Shown here: positions 19,384 through 27,514 of the stretch, piece by piece
Numbering within the stretch: position 1 is the stretch's first letter
Layout of the letters: every line of letters starts with the position of its first letter
Program-made: the position numbers and the translations under genes
The notes under the pieces: generated by a model
Told to the model about the DNA's origin: nothing
What the model saw: the letters and a program-made list of their open reading frames with translations, nothing else
Databases searched by the model: none
DNA from: an uncultured Oscillospiraceae bacterium
GTDB lineage: Bacteria > Bacillota > Clostridia > Oscillospirales > Oscillospiraceae
NCBI GenBank assembly: GCA_964485125.1
Contig: CAZAIF010000001.1
Location: forward strand, 1-58,071
Length of the DNA: 58,071 nt
Direction: 5' to 3'

Positions 19384-20265
19384 TTATTCGAAGGTGGTGC
19401 GGAAGGTGAGGGTCCTGGTCTCCCCTGGGGCCAGGAGCACGATCCCCGGCTTGTCCTCCAGCCGCCGGCCCATAAAGTGGCCGTCGGGGAGGGTGGACCA
19501 GGGCTCAATGCAGATGTAGTTGGTGGGCGCCCCCTTCTGGGCGGTCCAGATGCCCAGATAGGGGAAGTCGTCAAACTCCACCGTCACCCGGCGGGGGATC
19601 TTCCGGCTGACCAGAGAGACCCGCCGGACGGGCAGCCCCTCCAGCACGATGGTGTCCAGCCCCACCTGCTGGGGCAGCTTGTCGAGCAGCCCATTCTCCA
19701 GGGGGATATTCCCCTTGGGCAGATCCAGTATCCCGTTTTCATCCATGGCGAAGGGCTCCAGGTGGTCCAGCCCCTCGAAAGCGATGGCGTAATCGGCCAT
19801 GGTCTCCCCGGGGATCAGGGTGGTGCGGTAGGCGTCGTGGCCGCCCAGCTCGAAGGGCATGACCCGCTGGGAGCGGTTGGTCACCCGGTGGCGCTTGATG
19901 AGGGTGTTCTCCTCCAATTCGAACTCCACTTCTAATGTAAAGTGAAAAGGATAGACAGCATAGGTCTCCCCGTCGTCCTGGGTGGAGTAGCACACCCGGG
20001 TGGGGGTGAACTCCGTGCGCTGGAACACCCGGTCCCGGCAGAAGCCGTGCATGGGGGCGGAGATGACCTGGCCGTCCAGCTCGTATTGCTGCTGTCTCAG
20101 CCTGCCAATGAAGGGAAAGAGCAGCGGGGCGTGGCGGCCCCAGATGGCGGGATCGCCGCCCCAGATGCGCTCCAGCCCGTCCAGCTGCAAGCTGTAAAGC
20201 TCGGCCCCTTTCGGACTGATCGCCGCGGATAAAATGCCGTTTTTCAAATGATCCATCTCAATCAC
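19384..20265 (-). CDS. aldose 1-epimerase (galactose mutarotase-like) family protein
   Basis: 'GAELYSL...WGRHAPLLFPFIGRL...HGF.R', 'HDAY', 'IEPW' motifs; ATGA overlap with the upstream gene. Confidence 0.8.
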   Translation of the reverse strand: MIEMDHLKNGILSAAISPKGAELYSLQLDGLERIWGGDPAIWGRHAPLLFPFIGRLRQQQYELDGQVISAPMHGFCRDRVFQRTEFTPTRVCYSTQDDGETYAVYPFHFTLEVEFELEENTLIKRHRVTNRSQRVMPFELGGHDAYRTTLIPGETMADYAIAFEGLDHLEPFAMDENGILDLPKGNIPLENGLLDKLPQQVGLDTIVLEGLPVRRVSLVSRKIPRRVTVEFDDFPYLGIWTAQKGAPTNYICIEPWSTLPDGHFMGRRLEDKPGIVLLAPGETRTLTFRTTFE

Positions 20266-22835
20266 CTCTCGTTGTTGGCCCGGATGCGCTCCTCCAGCTC
20301 CCGCTGGGCCAGTTTGACCTCCTCTTCAAAGGCCCGGGCGCTGATCCGCTGGGAGGAGTGGCCCAGAATGATGGTCTGTTCCATGGCGTCGGAGGTGGCC
20401 ACCCGCACCCGGTAGTGCCGGCTCAGCTGGTAGCTGGTACGCTCGATGTAGGTATCCGCCGTCTCCGCCTGCTTGGTGTAGACCACAAAGATGTTGTTGA
20501 CCCGCTCCACGCTGCCGGTACCCCCCTTGACCCGGTAGGCGTCAAAGATCAGGATGACCTTGCACCGGCGCACCCCCTGGTAATTGCTGAGGATGTGGAT
20601 GAGCTGGGTCCGGGCGGCGTCCAGATCCTCCCGGGCCAGCTTGCTCAGCTCGTCCCAGGCGAAGATGATATTGTAGCCGTCCACCAACAGGAAGGTATCC
20701 CCGATCTCCGTCTGGGCGGTAAAGAGCTGCTCATTCCTCCGCCGCAGCTCCGCTTGGGGTAGAAAGGCTCTGGGCTTTACATCCCCGTAGGTGCGCCGGA
20801 AGATGGCCTCCAGGGCCTTCTCCTCCGCCCGGGAGCCCGAGTAGGTGGCCCCGCCCCGGCGGATGGGGGGCGCGGCGGCTCCGGCCTCCTCTTTCGGGGG
20901 CTGCCAGCTCCAGGGCAGGTGCATGTGCTCGGGCACCTGGTCCCATTTGACCACGAATCCGCCCCCGTGTGCGCAGAACACCGAGTCCGGGCTGTTGTCC
21001 AGGTCGGCCTCGGGTTGGTAGCCGATTTGAGCGACCACCTCCTCTTGGTTGTGACAAGGGTAGTAGCCTGCCAGCTGGAGGGTGATCCGGCCCCGGCCCC
21101 GGGTGTAGGCGGCCACCTCCTCCGGGTAGTCCGCCAGCTGGGCCACCGGGGCCTGACCGGTGAGTACGCTGCCCGCCGGGCCGGCCTCCGGGGAGTCCAT
21201 CTCCCCGCCGAAGCGCTGCAGGTCGGCCATGGCCCGGCCCACCGACTCGGCGGGCACCTCCAGCCGGAAACGGTACCAGGGCTCCAGCAGCACCGACTGG
21301 GCCCGCATCAGCCCCATCCGCACCGCCCGGTAGGTGGCCTCCCGGAAATCGCCCCCTTCTGTGTGCTTGACGTGGGCGCGGCCGGAGAGCAGGGTGATCC
21401 GCAGGTCGGCGACCGGCGAACCGGTCAGCACCCCCAGGTGCTCCTTTTCCGTCAGATGGGTCAGGATGAGCCGCTGCCAGTTCCGGTCCAGGGTGTCCTC
21501 GCTGCAGGCGGTGGTAAAGCTGAGGCCGCTGCCCCGGGGGGCGGGCTCCAGCAGCAGGTGGACCTCGGCGTAGTGGCGCAGGGGCTCGAAGTGCCCCACC
21601 CCCTCCACCGGGGCGGCGATGGTCTCCTTGTAGACGATGCTGCCCGGGCCGAACTCCACCGCCAGGCCGAACCGGTCGGCGATGCGCCGCTGGAGCACCT
21701 CCAGCTGCACTTTTCCCATGAGCTGCACCCGGATCTCCCGGAGCGGGCTGTTCCACACCAGGCGGAGCATGGGGTCCTCCTCCTCCAGCTCCCGGAGCTT
21801 CTGGAAGGTGACCTGGGAATCCGCCCCCTGGGGCAGCAGCACCTGATAGGTGAGCACCGGCTCCAGGGCGGGCAGGGGGGAGTCTGGCTCCGACCCCAGT
21901 CCCTGGCCCGGGTAGGTGTGGGTCAGGCCGGTGACGGCGCAGATCTCCCCGGCCGCCGCCCGGTCGGGCTGGGTGAATTTCGCCCCGGAGTAGCGCCGCA
22001 GCTGGTCCGCCTTCTCCTCCCAGGGCTCGCCCTTGGGATCCCGGCCGGCGAGTAAGGTCTTGGGCCGCAGCTCGCCTCCGGTGACCTTGAGCCAGGTCAG
22101 CCGGTTGCCCTGGCCGTCCCGGGAAATCTTGTAGACCTTGGCGCCGAACTGGTCCGGGTAGCGGGGGAGCAGGGTATAGCGCTCCAGCGCCTCCAGAAAG
22201 GCGTCCACCCCCTCCAGCTTCAGGGCGGAGCCGTAGCAGCAGGGGAACAGCTTCCGCTCCCGGATGGCCCGGGCCAGGGCTTCGTCGGAGAAGCCGCCCC
22301 CCTCCAGGAATTCCCCCATCAGCTCCTCGGAACACAGGGCGATCTCCTCCCGGAGGGCGTCGTCCCCCTCCAGGGGGAGACAGCCCTCCCCCAGCCTGGA
22401 GCGCAGTTCTCCCTCCAGGGCGGGGCGGTCAAAGCCGGCCAGGTCCGTCTTGTTGACGAAGAGGAAGGTGGGGATCTGATACCGCTCCAGCAGCCGCCAG
22501 AGGGTCTCGGTGTGGGCCTGGACCCCGTCGGTGCCGCTGATGACCAGGATGGCGTAGTCCAGCACCTGGAGGGTGCGCTCCATCTCGGCGGAGAAGTCCA
22601 CGTGGCCCGGGGTGTCCAGCAGGGTGATGGTGCGCCCCTCCAGGGGGATCACCGCCTGTTTGGAGAAGATGGTGATGCCCCGCTCCCGCTCCAGGCTGTC
22701 GGTGTCCAGAAAGGCGTCCCGGTGGTCCACCCGGCCCAGTTTTTTGATGGCGCCGCTGCGGTAGAGCATCGCCTCCGAGAGGGTGGTCTTTCCCGCGTCC
22801 ACGTGGGCCAGTATGCCCACCACCAGATTGTCCAT
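20262..22835 (-). CDS. translational GTPase (TetM/EF-G-like, domains I-V) fused to a C-terminal YacP/Rae1-type NYN ribonuclease domain
   Basis: G1 AHVDAGKTT, G3 DTPGH, G4 NKTD and a TetM-like body to about aa 650. The C-terminal 144 aa ('LLVDGYNIIFAW...VILIFDAY.VKG...VVYTKQAETADTYIE...VATSD') match the YacP/Rae1 pattern. Start set at ATG 22835 (MDNLVVGILAHVDAGKTT) after GGGAG. Confidence 0.85.
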   Translation of the reverse strand: MDNLVVGILAHVDAGKTTLSEAMLYRSGAIKKLGRVDHRDAFLDTDSLERERGITIFSKQAVIPLEGRTITLLDTPGHVDFSAEMERTLQVLDYAILVISGTDGVQAHTETLWRLLERYQIPTFLFVNKTDLAGFDRPALEGELRSRLGEGCLPLEGDDALREEIALCSEELMGEFLEGGGFSDEALARAIRERKLFPCCYGSALKLEGVDAFLEALERYTLLPRYPDQFGAKVYKISRDGQGNRLTWLKVTGGELRPKTLLAGRDPKGEPWEEKADQLRRYSGAKFTQPDRAAAGEICAVTGLTHTYPGQGLGSEPDSPLPALEPVLTYQVLLPQGADSQVTFQKLRELEEEDPMLRLVWNSPLREIRVQLMGKVQLEVLQRRIADRFGLAVEFGPGSIVYKETIAAPVEGVGHFEPLRHYAEVHLLLEPAPRGSGLSFTTACSEDTLDRNWQRLILTHLTEKEHLGVLTGSPVADLRITLLSGRAHVKHTEGGDFREATYRAVRMGLMRAQSVLLEPWYRFRLEVPAESVGRAMADLQRFGGEMDSPEAGPAGSVLTGQAPVAQLADYPEEVAAYTRGRGRITLQLAGYYPCHNQEEVVAQIGYQPEADLDNSPDSVFCAHGGGFVVKWDQVPEHMHLPWSWQPPKEEAGAAAPPIRRGGATYSGSRAEEKALEAIFRRTYGDVKPRAFLPQAELRRRNEQLFTAQTEIGDTFLLVDGYNIIFAWDELSKLAREDLDAARTQLIHILSNYQGVRRCKVILIFDAYRVKGGTGSVERVNNIFVVYTKQAETADTYIERTSYQLSRHYRVRVATSDAMEQTIILGHSSQRISARAFEEEVKLAQRELEERIRANNER

Positions 22836-23008
22836 GTCGATTGCTCCCGTCTCGCAGATTTCTTTCCCCCATAGTGTACCATACCCGGCGGCGTTTTTCA
22901 GCCCCCAAATCCGTTCCCATGAAAATCGGCCGGCGCAGAGGCGCCGCGGCGGGGTGTTCTCCGGGAGCGGGCCGGGCATGGCCGGGCGGGGCGGGCCCAA
23001 ACAGGCGC

Positions 23009-23031
23009 AAAAAAACCGCCGGGACCGGCGG
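23009..23031 (-). terminator. rho-independent terminator in the leader upstream of the GTPase-NYN gene
   Basis: Minus strand CCGCCGGTCCCGGCGG followed by TTTTTTT. Confidence 0.65.
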
Positions 23032-23064
23032 CGAGATCCTTGTTTTAGCGCTTTAGAAACCACA

Positions 23065-23095
23065 GACCCCCATCCGTCCAACGCGGATGGGGGTC
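23065..23095 (-). promoter_or_regulatory. 12-bp GC-rich hairpin overlapping the mini-ORF stop codon (attenuator element)
   Basis: Minus strand GACCCCCATCCG-CGTTGGA-CGGATGGGGGTC, followed by TGTGGTTTCT. Confidence 0.5.
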
Positions 23096-23123
23096 ACTTC
23101 TGATGGTTCTTAGTATCTAACAT
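23094..23123 (-). CDS. candidate leader peptide MLDTKNHQK (9 aa; an in-frame 30-aa version starts at 23186)
   Basis: AGAGAGG RBS 10 nt before the ATG; the stop TGA lies within the foot of the hairpin. Confidence 0.3.
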   Translation of the reverse strand: MLDTKNHQK

Positions 23124-23348
23124 CAATTGTTTACCTCTCTTTCTACAGATTTGCAACCTGCTTGGAACCTGTCGCCAAATTTCCATATTTCGGTTCAAAT
23201 TCCTGATTCCCTAGGGGCGCTCTCAGCGCGAATTCTGTACTCACAGTTGGGCTAGCTTTTTTCTACCGATTTGGATTTGACTTGGCTCCTGTTGCATCTT
23301 TTAGGGGTGAGTTCTCAGATCATTGGACTCATTCCTTTCTGCAACTAT

Positions 23349-23377
23349 AAGATAGCACACCCCGGTGGATTCGTCAA
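23349..23377 (-). promoter_or_regulatory. minus-strand promoter (TTGACG-17-TATCTT, with TG extended -10)
   Basis: Reverse complement of 23372-23377 is TTGACG and of 23349-23354 is TATCTT; TGc lies immediately upstream of the -10. Confidence 0.45.
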
Positions 23378-23630
23378 TCACTTTTATGAATATTATTTAT
23401 AAAAGACTTGGTAGTCACTTTTTGTTCTATTTCCCGCACCGGGGTGTGTGCTGAGACAGGCGCGGCGGCTCCGATGGCAGAGGCGGGGCGGCGATTGCGC
23501 CCAGCTCTTCCCTGTGGTATCATAGACGGCAAAGGGGCGCGCCTGGCGGCTCGTGCCGGAGCGCCCAGGCGCTGCCGGGGGGCGGGGGACCGGCCCCGGG
23601 TATCCTTGGGACAGAGAGGGGAGTGGGCCT

Positions 23631-24110
23631 GTGTTCCGTTCCAGATTTCGCCTGCCGCCCGTCCGGCCGTGGAACGGGGTGGCGCCGGCCTTTGCCCTGC
23701 TGGGGATAGCCTTCGCCCTGGCGGGGACGGTGAGCATAGACGGCCCCCTGGTTATCCGCTGGTGCGGCGGAGGAGAGCCCGTGGGGCTGGCGGGGAAGTG
23801 GATCTTGTGTGCCTTTGCCCTGATGAGCGCCCTGTCTGTGTTTGCCTGGCGCGATCTGCAAAAGGGCGGAGCGGAAAACGTCCCGGTCAGCGAGGAGACG
23901 GCCTGCGCCCTGTCGGCGGCTCTGGCGGCCTTCTTCGCCCTGACCAATGGGATCCTGGTGGCCTACCGGCTGCGCCCGGGGGCGCTGGTGCCCGCAGTGA
24001 GGGCGGCGGTCCAGCTGGACCTGCTGATCCTGTTCCCCCTGCTGGCCTATCTGAGAAATCGGAGACGGTCCGGGAAGGGCCGCCGCCGGGGGCATAAGGA
24101 GGAGACCTGA
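23631..24110 (+). CDS. hypothetical membrane protein (DUF1648-like N-terminus)
   Basis: About 4 TM helices, basic C-tail; GTG 23631 after GAGAGGGGAG; abuts trmO. Confidence 0.5.
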   Translation: MFRSRFRLPPVRPWNGVAPAFALLGIAFALAGTVSIDGPLVIRWCGGGEPVGLAGKWILCAFALMSALSVFAWRDLQKGGAENVPVSEETACALSAALAAFFALTNGILVAYRLRPGALVPAVRAAVQLDLLILFPLLAYLRNRRRSGKGRRRGHKEET

Positions 24111-24111
24111 G

Positions 24112-24816
24112 ATGGATGAGATGGATGAGAAGCTGGAACTGCGCGTCATCGCCCGCATCCGCACCGACTTCCCCACGAAGTTCGGCATCCCACGCCAGAG
24201 CGGGGTGGTGGAATCGCTGCGGGGGCGGATCGTCTTTGCGCCGGACTATCGGAACCCGGACGCTCTGCGGGGGCTGGAGGGCTTTTCCCACCTCTGGCTG
24301 ATCTGGCAGTTCTCCCAGGCGGTGCGGGAGCGCTGGTCCCCCACGGTGCGGCCTCCCCGGCTGGGGGGCAACACCCGGATGGGGGTGTTCGCAACCCGGT
24401 CCCCCTTCCGGCCCAACGCCATCGGCCTGTCCTCGGTGCGGCTGGAGGAGATCCGCCTCCACACCCCGGAGGGGCCGGTGCTGGAGGTGTCCGGGGCCGA
24501 CCTGATGGACGGCACCCCGATCCTGGACATCAAGCCCTATATCCCCTATACCGACAGCCATCCCGACGCCCGGGAGGGCTTCACCAGTGCCGGCTGGGAG
24601 CGGACGCTGGAGGTGGCGTTCCCCCCGGAGCTGCTGGAGCGGGTGCCGGAGGACAAGCGGAACTCCCTCATCGGGGTGCTTGCCAACGACCCCAGGCCCC
24701 CCTATCAGAGGGACCCGGAGCGGGTCTACGGCCTGCCCTTCGCCGGCCTGGAGGTGCGCTTCACGGTGGACGGCTGTACCCTGACCGTCTGCTCGGTGGA
24801 GGCATCCAAAGAATAA
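24112..24816 (+). CDS. trmO: tRNA (N6-threonylcarbamoyladenosine(37)-N6)-methyltransferase TrmO (YaeB family)
   Basis: 'FGIPRQSG', 'LEGFSHLWLIW.F', 'RPPRLGGN...GVFATRSPFRPN.IGLS', 'GTPILDIKPYIPY'. Confidence 0.88.
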   Translation: MDEMDEKLELRVIARIRTDFPTKFGIPRQSGVVESLRGRIVFAPDYRNPDALRGLEGFSHLWLIWQFSQAVRERWSPTVRPPRLGGNTRMGVFATRSPFRPNAIGLSSVRLEEIRLHTPEGPVLEVSGADLMDGTPILDIKPYIPYTDSHPDAREGFTSAGWERTLEVAFPPELLERVPEDKRNSLIGVLANDPRPPYQRDPERVYGLPFAGLEVRFTVDGCTLTVCSVEASKE

Positions 24817-24823
24817 AGAAAAA

Positions 24824-24862
24824 GCTGCCCTGCCGCAGCGCGGCAGGGCAGTTGGTGTATTT
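24824..24862. terminator. bidirectional terminator hairpin
   Basis: GCTGCCCTGCCGC / GCGGCAGGGCAG stem flanked by an A-run and a T-rich tail, between convergent genes. Confidence 0.7.
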
Positions 24863-24870
24863 ACGACAGA

Positions 24871-26190
24871 TTATTCCGCCTCGGCGGGCTCGGTGGGCAG
24901 CAGGGAGACCCGGGTCTCCTCAATGCGCCGGTCCACCACCCGGAGTACCTGGATGCGCAGGCCGTCCACCTTCACCTCGAACTGGTCCCCCTCCTTGGGG
25001 ATCTCCTCGGTCTCGTTGAGGATCAGGCCGCTGAGGGTGTTGAACTCCTCCCGCTCGGGCAGCTCGATGTCCAGGGCTTTCTCCACATCCTTCAGCTCCG
25101 CCCGGCCGCTGATGGTCCAGCTGCCGTCGGGGTTGGGGATGATGTAGTCCTCTTTCTCGTCGTACTCGTCGTAGATGTTGCCCACGATCTCCTCCAGCAG
25201 GTCCTCCATGGTGATGATGCCCAGGAAGGAGCCGTACTCGTCGGTGACGATGGCGAAGTGGGTGTGCTCCTGCTGCATCTTGCGGAACAGGTCGTCGCAG
25301 ATCATGGAGTCGGGGACGAAGAGGGGCTCCTTGAGCAGCTCCCGCAGGGGCTTATCCTGGTTCAGGAAGAAGTCCTTCACGTAGAGGATGCCGATGATGT
25401 TGTCCTGGTCGTCCTCATAGACGGGGAAGCGGGAGTAGCCGGTGGAGCGGATCAGCTCGGTGATCTTGTCCCGGTTGTCCTCCACGTTGATGGACTCCAC
25501 ATCCACCCGGTGGGTCATCACGTCGTAGATCTGGATGTTGTTGAACTCGAAGATGTTGTCGATCATCTCCCCCTCAGAGGACTCGATCAGACCCTCCTCC
25601 TCGCTCTCATCCAGCATCATGCGGATGTCCTCCTCGGTGACCAGCTCGGCCTTGGCCTGGTTCTTCATGCCCAGCAGCCGGAGCACGCCGGTGACGGAGA
25701 CGGACAGGAACCAGATAACCGGCCGCATGATCACCGCCAGGCCGGAGATGACCGAGGTGGTAATCCGGGCGATCTGCATGGGCTTCTGCATGGCGATGCG
25801 CTTGGGTACCAGCTCGCCCAGCACCAGGGTGAAGTAGCTGAGCACCAGGGTGATCAGCACCACGATGATGGTGTTCAGCGCGTCCGCGGGCAGGGCGGTG
25901 AACCCTCGGCTCTGGATGAGCCAGGTGGTCAGCCGTTCGGCGAAGTTGGTGGCGGCGAAGGCGCTGCCCAGCAGGCCGGCCAGGGTGATGGCGATCTGAA
26001 TGGTGGACAGGAAGGCGGTGGGGGACTCCACCATGCGCAGCAGGCGGGCCGCCCGCTTGTCGCCCTCCTCCGCGTCCGCCCGGAGCTTAGTCGCATTCAA
26101 CGAGACCACAGCGATCTCCGCCGAGGCGAAGAAGGCGTTGATCAGGATCAACAAAAGCTGTAGGATCAGTTGCCATATAAGGGGGTCCAT
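24871..26190 (-). CDS. hemolysin-family protein (CNNM/DUF21 TM domain, CBS pair, CorC_HlyC domain)
   Basis: 'INAFFASAEIAVVS', 'GELVPKR', CBS region 'DVMTHRVD...PVYEDDQDNIIGILYVKD', C-terminal transporter-associated domain; ATG 26190. Confidence 0.88.
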   Translation of the reverse strand: MDPLIWQLILQLLLILINAFFASAEIAVVSLNATKLRADAEEGDKRAARLLRMVESPTAFLSTIQIAITLAGLLGSAFAATNFAERLTTWLIQSRGFTALPADALNTIIVVLITLVLSYFTLVLGELVPKRIAMQKPMQIARITTSVISGLAVIMRPVIWFLSVSVTGVLRLLGMKNQAKAELVTEEDIRMMLDESEEEGLIESSEGEMIDNIFEFNNIQIYDVMTHRVDVESINVEDNRDKITELIRSTGYSRFPVYEDDQDNIIGILYVKDFFLNQDKPLRELLKEPLFVPDSMICDDLFRKMQQEHTHFAIVTDEYGSFLGIITMEDLLEEIVGNIYDEYDEKEDYIIPNPDGSWTISGRAELKDVEKALDIELPEREEFNTLSGLILNETEEIPKEGDQFEVKVDGLRIQVLRVVDRRIEETRVSLLPTEPAEAE

Positions 26191-26257
26191 GTGAAATTCA
26201 AACTCCTTTTTTCCTTTTTCAGATTTTAGATTGCGGCATTGGGTTAAATTAGGTGGA

Positions 26258-26286
26258 ATTATAGCATATCTCACGGGACAATTCAA
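26258..26286 (-). promoter_or_regulatory. promoter of the CNNM-family gene
   Basis: Minus strand TTGAAT-17 nt-TATAAT (complement of 26281-26286 and 26258-26263). Confidence 0.6.
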
Positions 26287-26364
26287 TCTGCGTCAGGGGA
26301 GAAAAACGGGCAAAAAAGTCAATGAAAGCCGGACAGCAGTCAAAACTGCCGCCCGGCGCCCTCT

Positions 26365-26742
26365 TTATGCGTTTTCTGAGTGCTGTTCCATAAATTTCTT
26401 CAGGCATTGATAGCTCTCCCGGCTCAGGTCGTGCTCGATCTTGCAGGCGTCTTCCCGGGCCACCTGGTCAGACACCCCGAGAAAGAGCAGGAAATCCGTC
26501 AGCAGGCAGTGGCGGTTGTACACGTCGGTGGCCAGCTGCAGCCCGGCCTCGGTGAAATCCAGCAGCCCGTCCTCGTCGGTGGTGATCATGCCGCCCTGGC
26601 GCAGATGGCCCATGGCCACGCTGACGCTGGGCTTGCTGACGTTCAGATGGTGGGCCACATCAATGGAGCGGCAGTACCCCTTCTCCATACGGATCATCAG
26701 GATCGCCTCCAGATAGTCCTCACCGGACTTGTGAATTGCCAT
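26365..26742 (-). CDS. DtxR/MntR-family metal-dependent transcriptional repressor (short form)
   Basis: 'GEDYLEAI...VSKPSVSVAMGHL...G', 'RH..L..FL...GV....A..DACKIEH'. Confidence 0.85.
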   Translation of the reverse strand: MAIHKSGEDYLEAILMIRMEKGYCRSIDVAHHLNVSKPSVSVAMGHLRQGGMITTDEDGLLDFTEAGLQLATDVYNRHCLLTDFLLFLGVSDQVAREDACKIEHDLSRESYQCLKKFMEQHSENA

Positions 26743-26896
26743 GCTGAACGCCTCCTCTGAGCATAGGTCCGCGTTTGATACGCTTATCGATAATTATAAC
26801 ACGGCCGGGGGCGGGATACAAGCGAAAAATCCCGCCCTTGCCTTGTCCCCCGGGGGATGCTACAATGCATCAGAGAGGGAAGAGGAGGGAGCGGAC

Positions 26897-27457
26897 GTGA
26901 AAAAACTCGCCATTTTCGACCTGGACGGCACCCTGTTTGACACCGCCCGGGTCAACTTTTTGTCCTACGCCCATGTGCTGGCCCCCAGGGGGCTGCACCC
27001 GGATTGGGACTTCTTCCGCCGGGAGTGCTTCGGCCACGACTTCGGCTACTTCGGCCCCCTGCTGGCCCCCGGGGCGGACGTCCGGGAGCTGGAGGCCATC
27101 CACCGGGAGAAGATGGCCTGTTACGGCCAGTTCCTGGGCCACGCCGTCAAAAACGAGCACCTGTTCTCCCTGATCCACCTGATGCGCCCCGAGTACCACA
27201 CCGCCCTGGTGACGGCGGGCTCCCGGGCCAACAGCGGGGAGATCCTGGCCCGGTTCGGGGAGTCGGACAGCTTCGATCTGATCCTCACCGGGGAGGACGT
27301 CCCCCGGGCCAAACCCGACCCCGTGGGTTTTCAGATGGCCATGGAGCGCTTCGGCGTCACGCCGGAGCAGACCATCATTTTTGAGGACTCCCCCACCGGG
27401 GTGGCCGCCGCCCGCGCCGCCGGGGCGGGGCTGTTCATCGTGGACTGCTTTTCCTGA
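26897..27457 (+). CDS. HAD-IA family hydrolase (phosphoglycolate phosphatase/beta-PGM-like)
   Basis: 'AIFDLDGTLFDT', 'LVTAGSR', 'KPDP', 'IFEDSPTGV.AA.AAG'; GTG 26897 after GGAGGGAG. Confidence 0.82.
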   Translation: MKKLAIFDLDGTLFDTARVNFLSYAHVLAPRGLHPDWDFFRRECFGHDFGYFGPLLAPGADVRELEAIHREKMACYGQFLGHAVKNEHLFSLIHLMRPEYHTALVTAGSRANSGEILARFGESDSFDLILTGEDVPRAKPDPVGFQMAMERFGVTPEQTIIFEDSPTGVAAARAAGAGLFIVDCFS

Positions 27458-27470
27458 ATTCCAGCTTGAG

Positions 27471-27514
27471 ACCGCCCCGGAGCGCAGCGGAAAGACGCTC
27501 CGGGGCGGTTTTTT
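27471..27514 (+). terminator. rho-independent terminator
   Basis: ACCGCCCCGGAGCG / CGCTCCGGGGCGGT stem followed by TTTTTT. Confidence 0.85.

Noticed and set aside
22836-23081. 82-codon N-terminal extension of the GTPase ORF (track start 23081)
   Set aside because: The extension is Arg/Pro/Gly-rich, runs through the leader terminator hairpins and has no RBS. The ATG at 22835 has GGGAG upstream and places the G1 motif at the canonical distance (about residue 10).
23036-23400. Possible tmRNA, T-box, 6S or RNase P RNA on the minus strand
   Set aside because: It has no tRNA-like acceptor/T-arm end or tag ORF (tmRNA). It has no T-box 'GGTGGTACC' core or specifier architecture. Its size and GC content do not fit RNase P or 6S. 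I kept it as an unclassified leader or small RNA in the findings.
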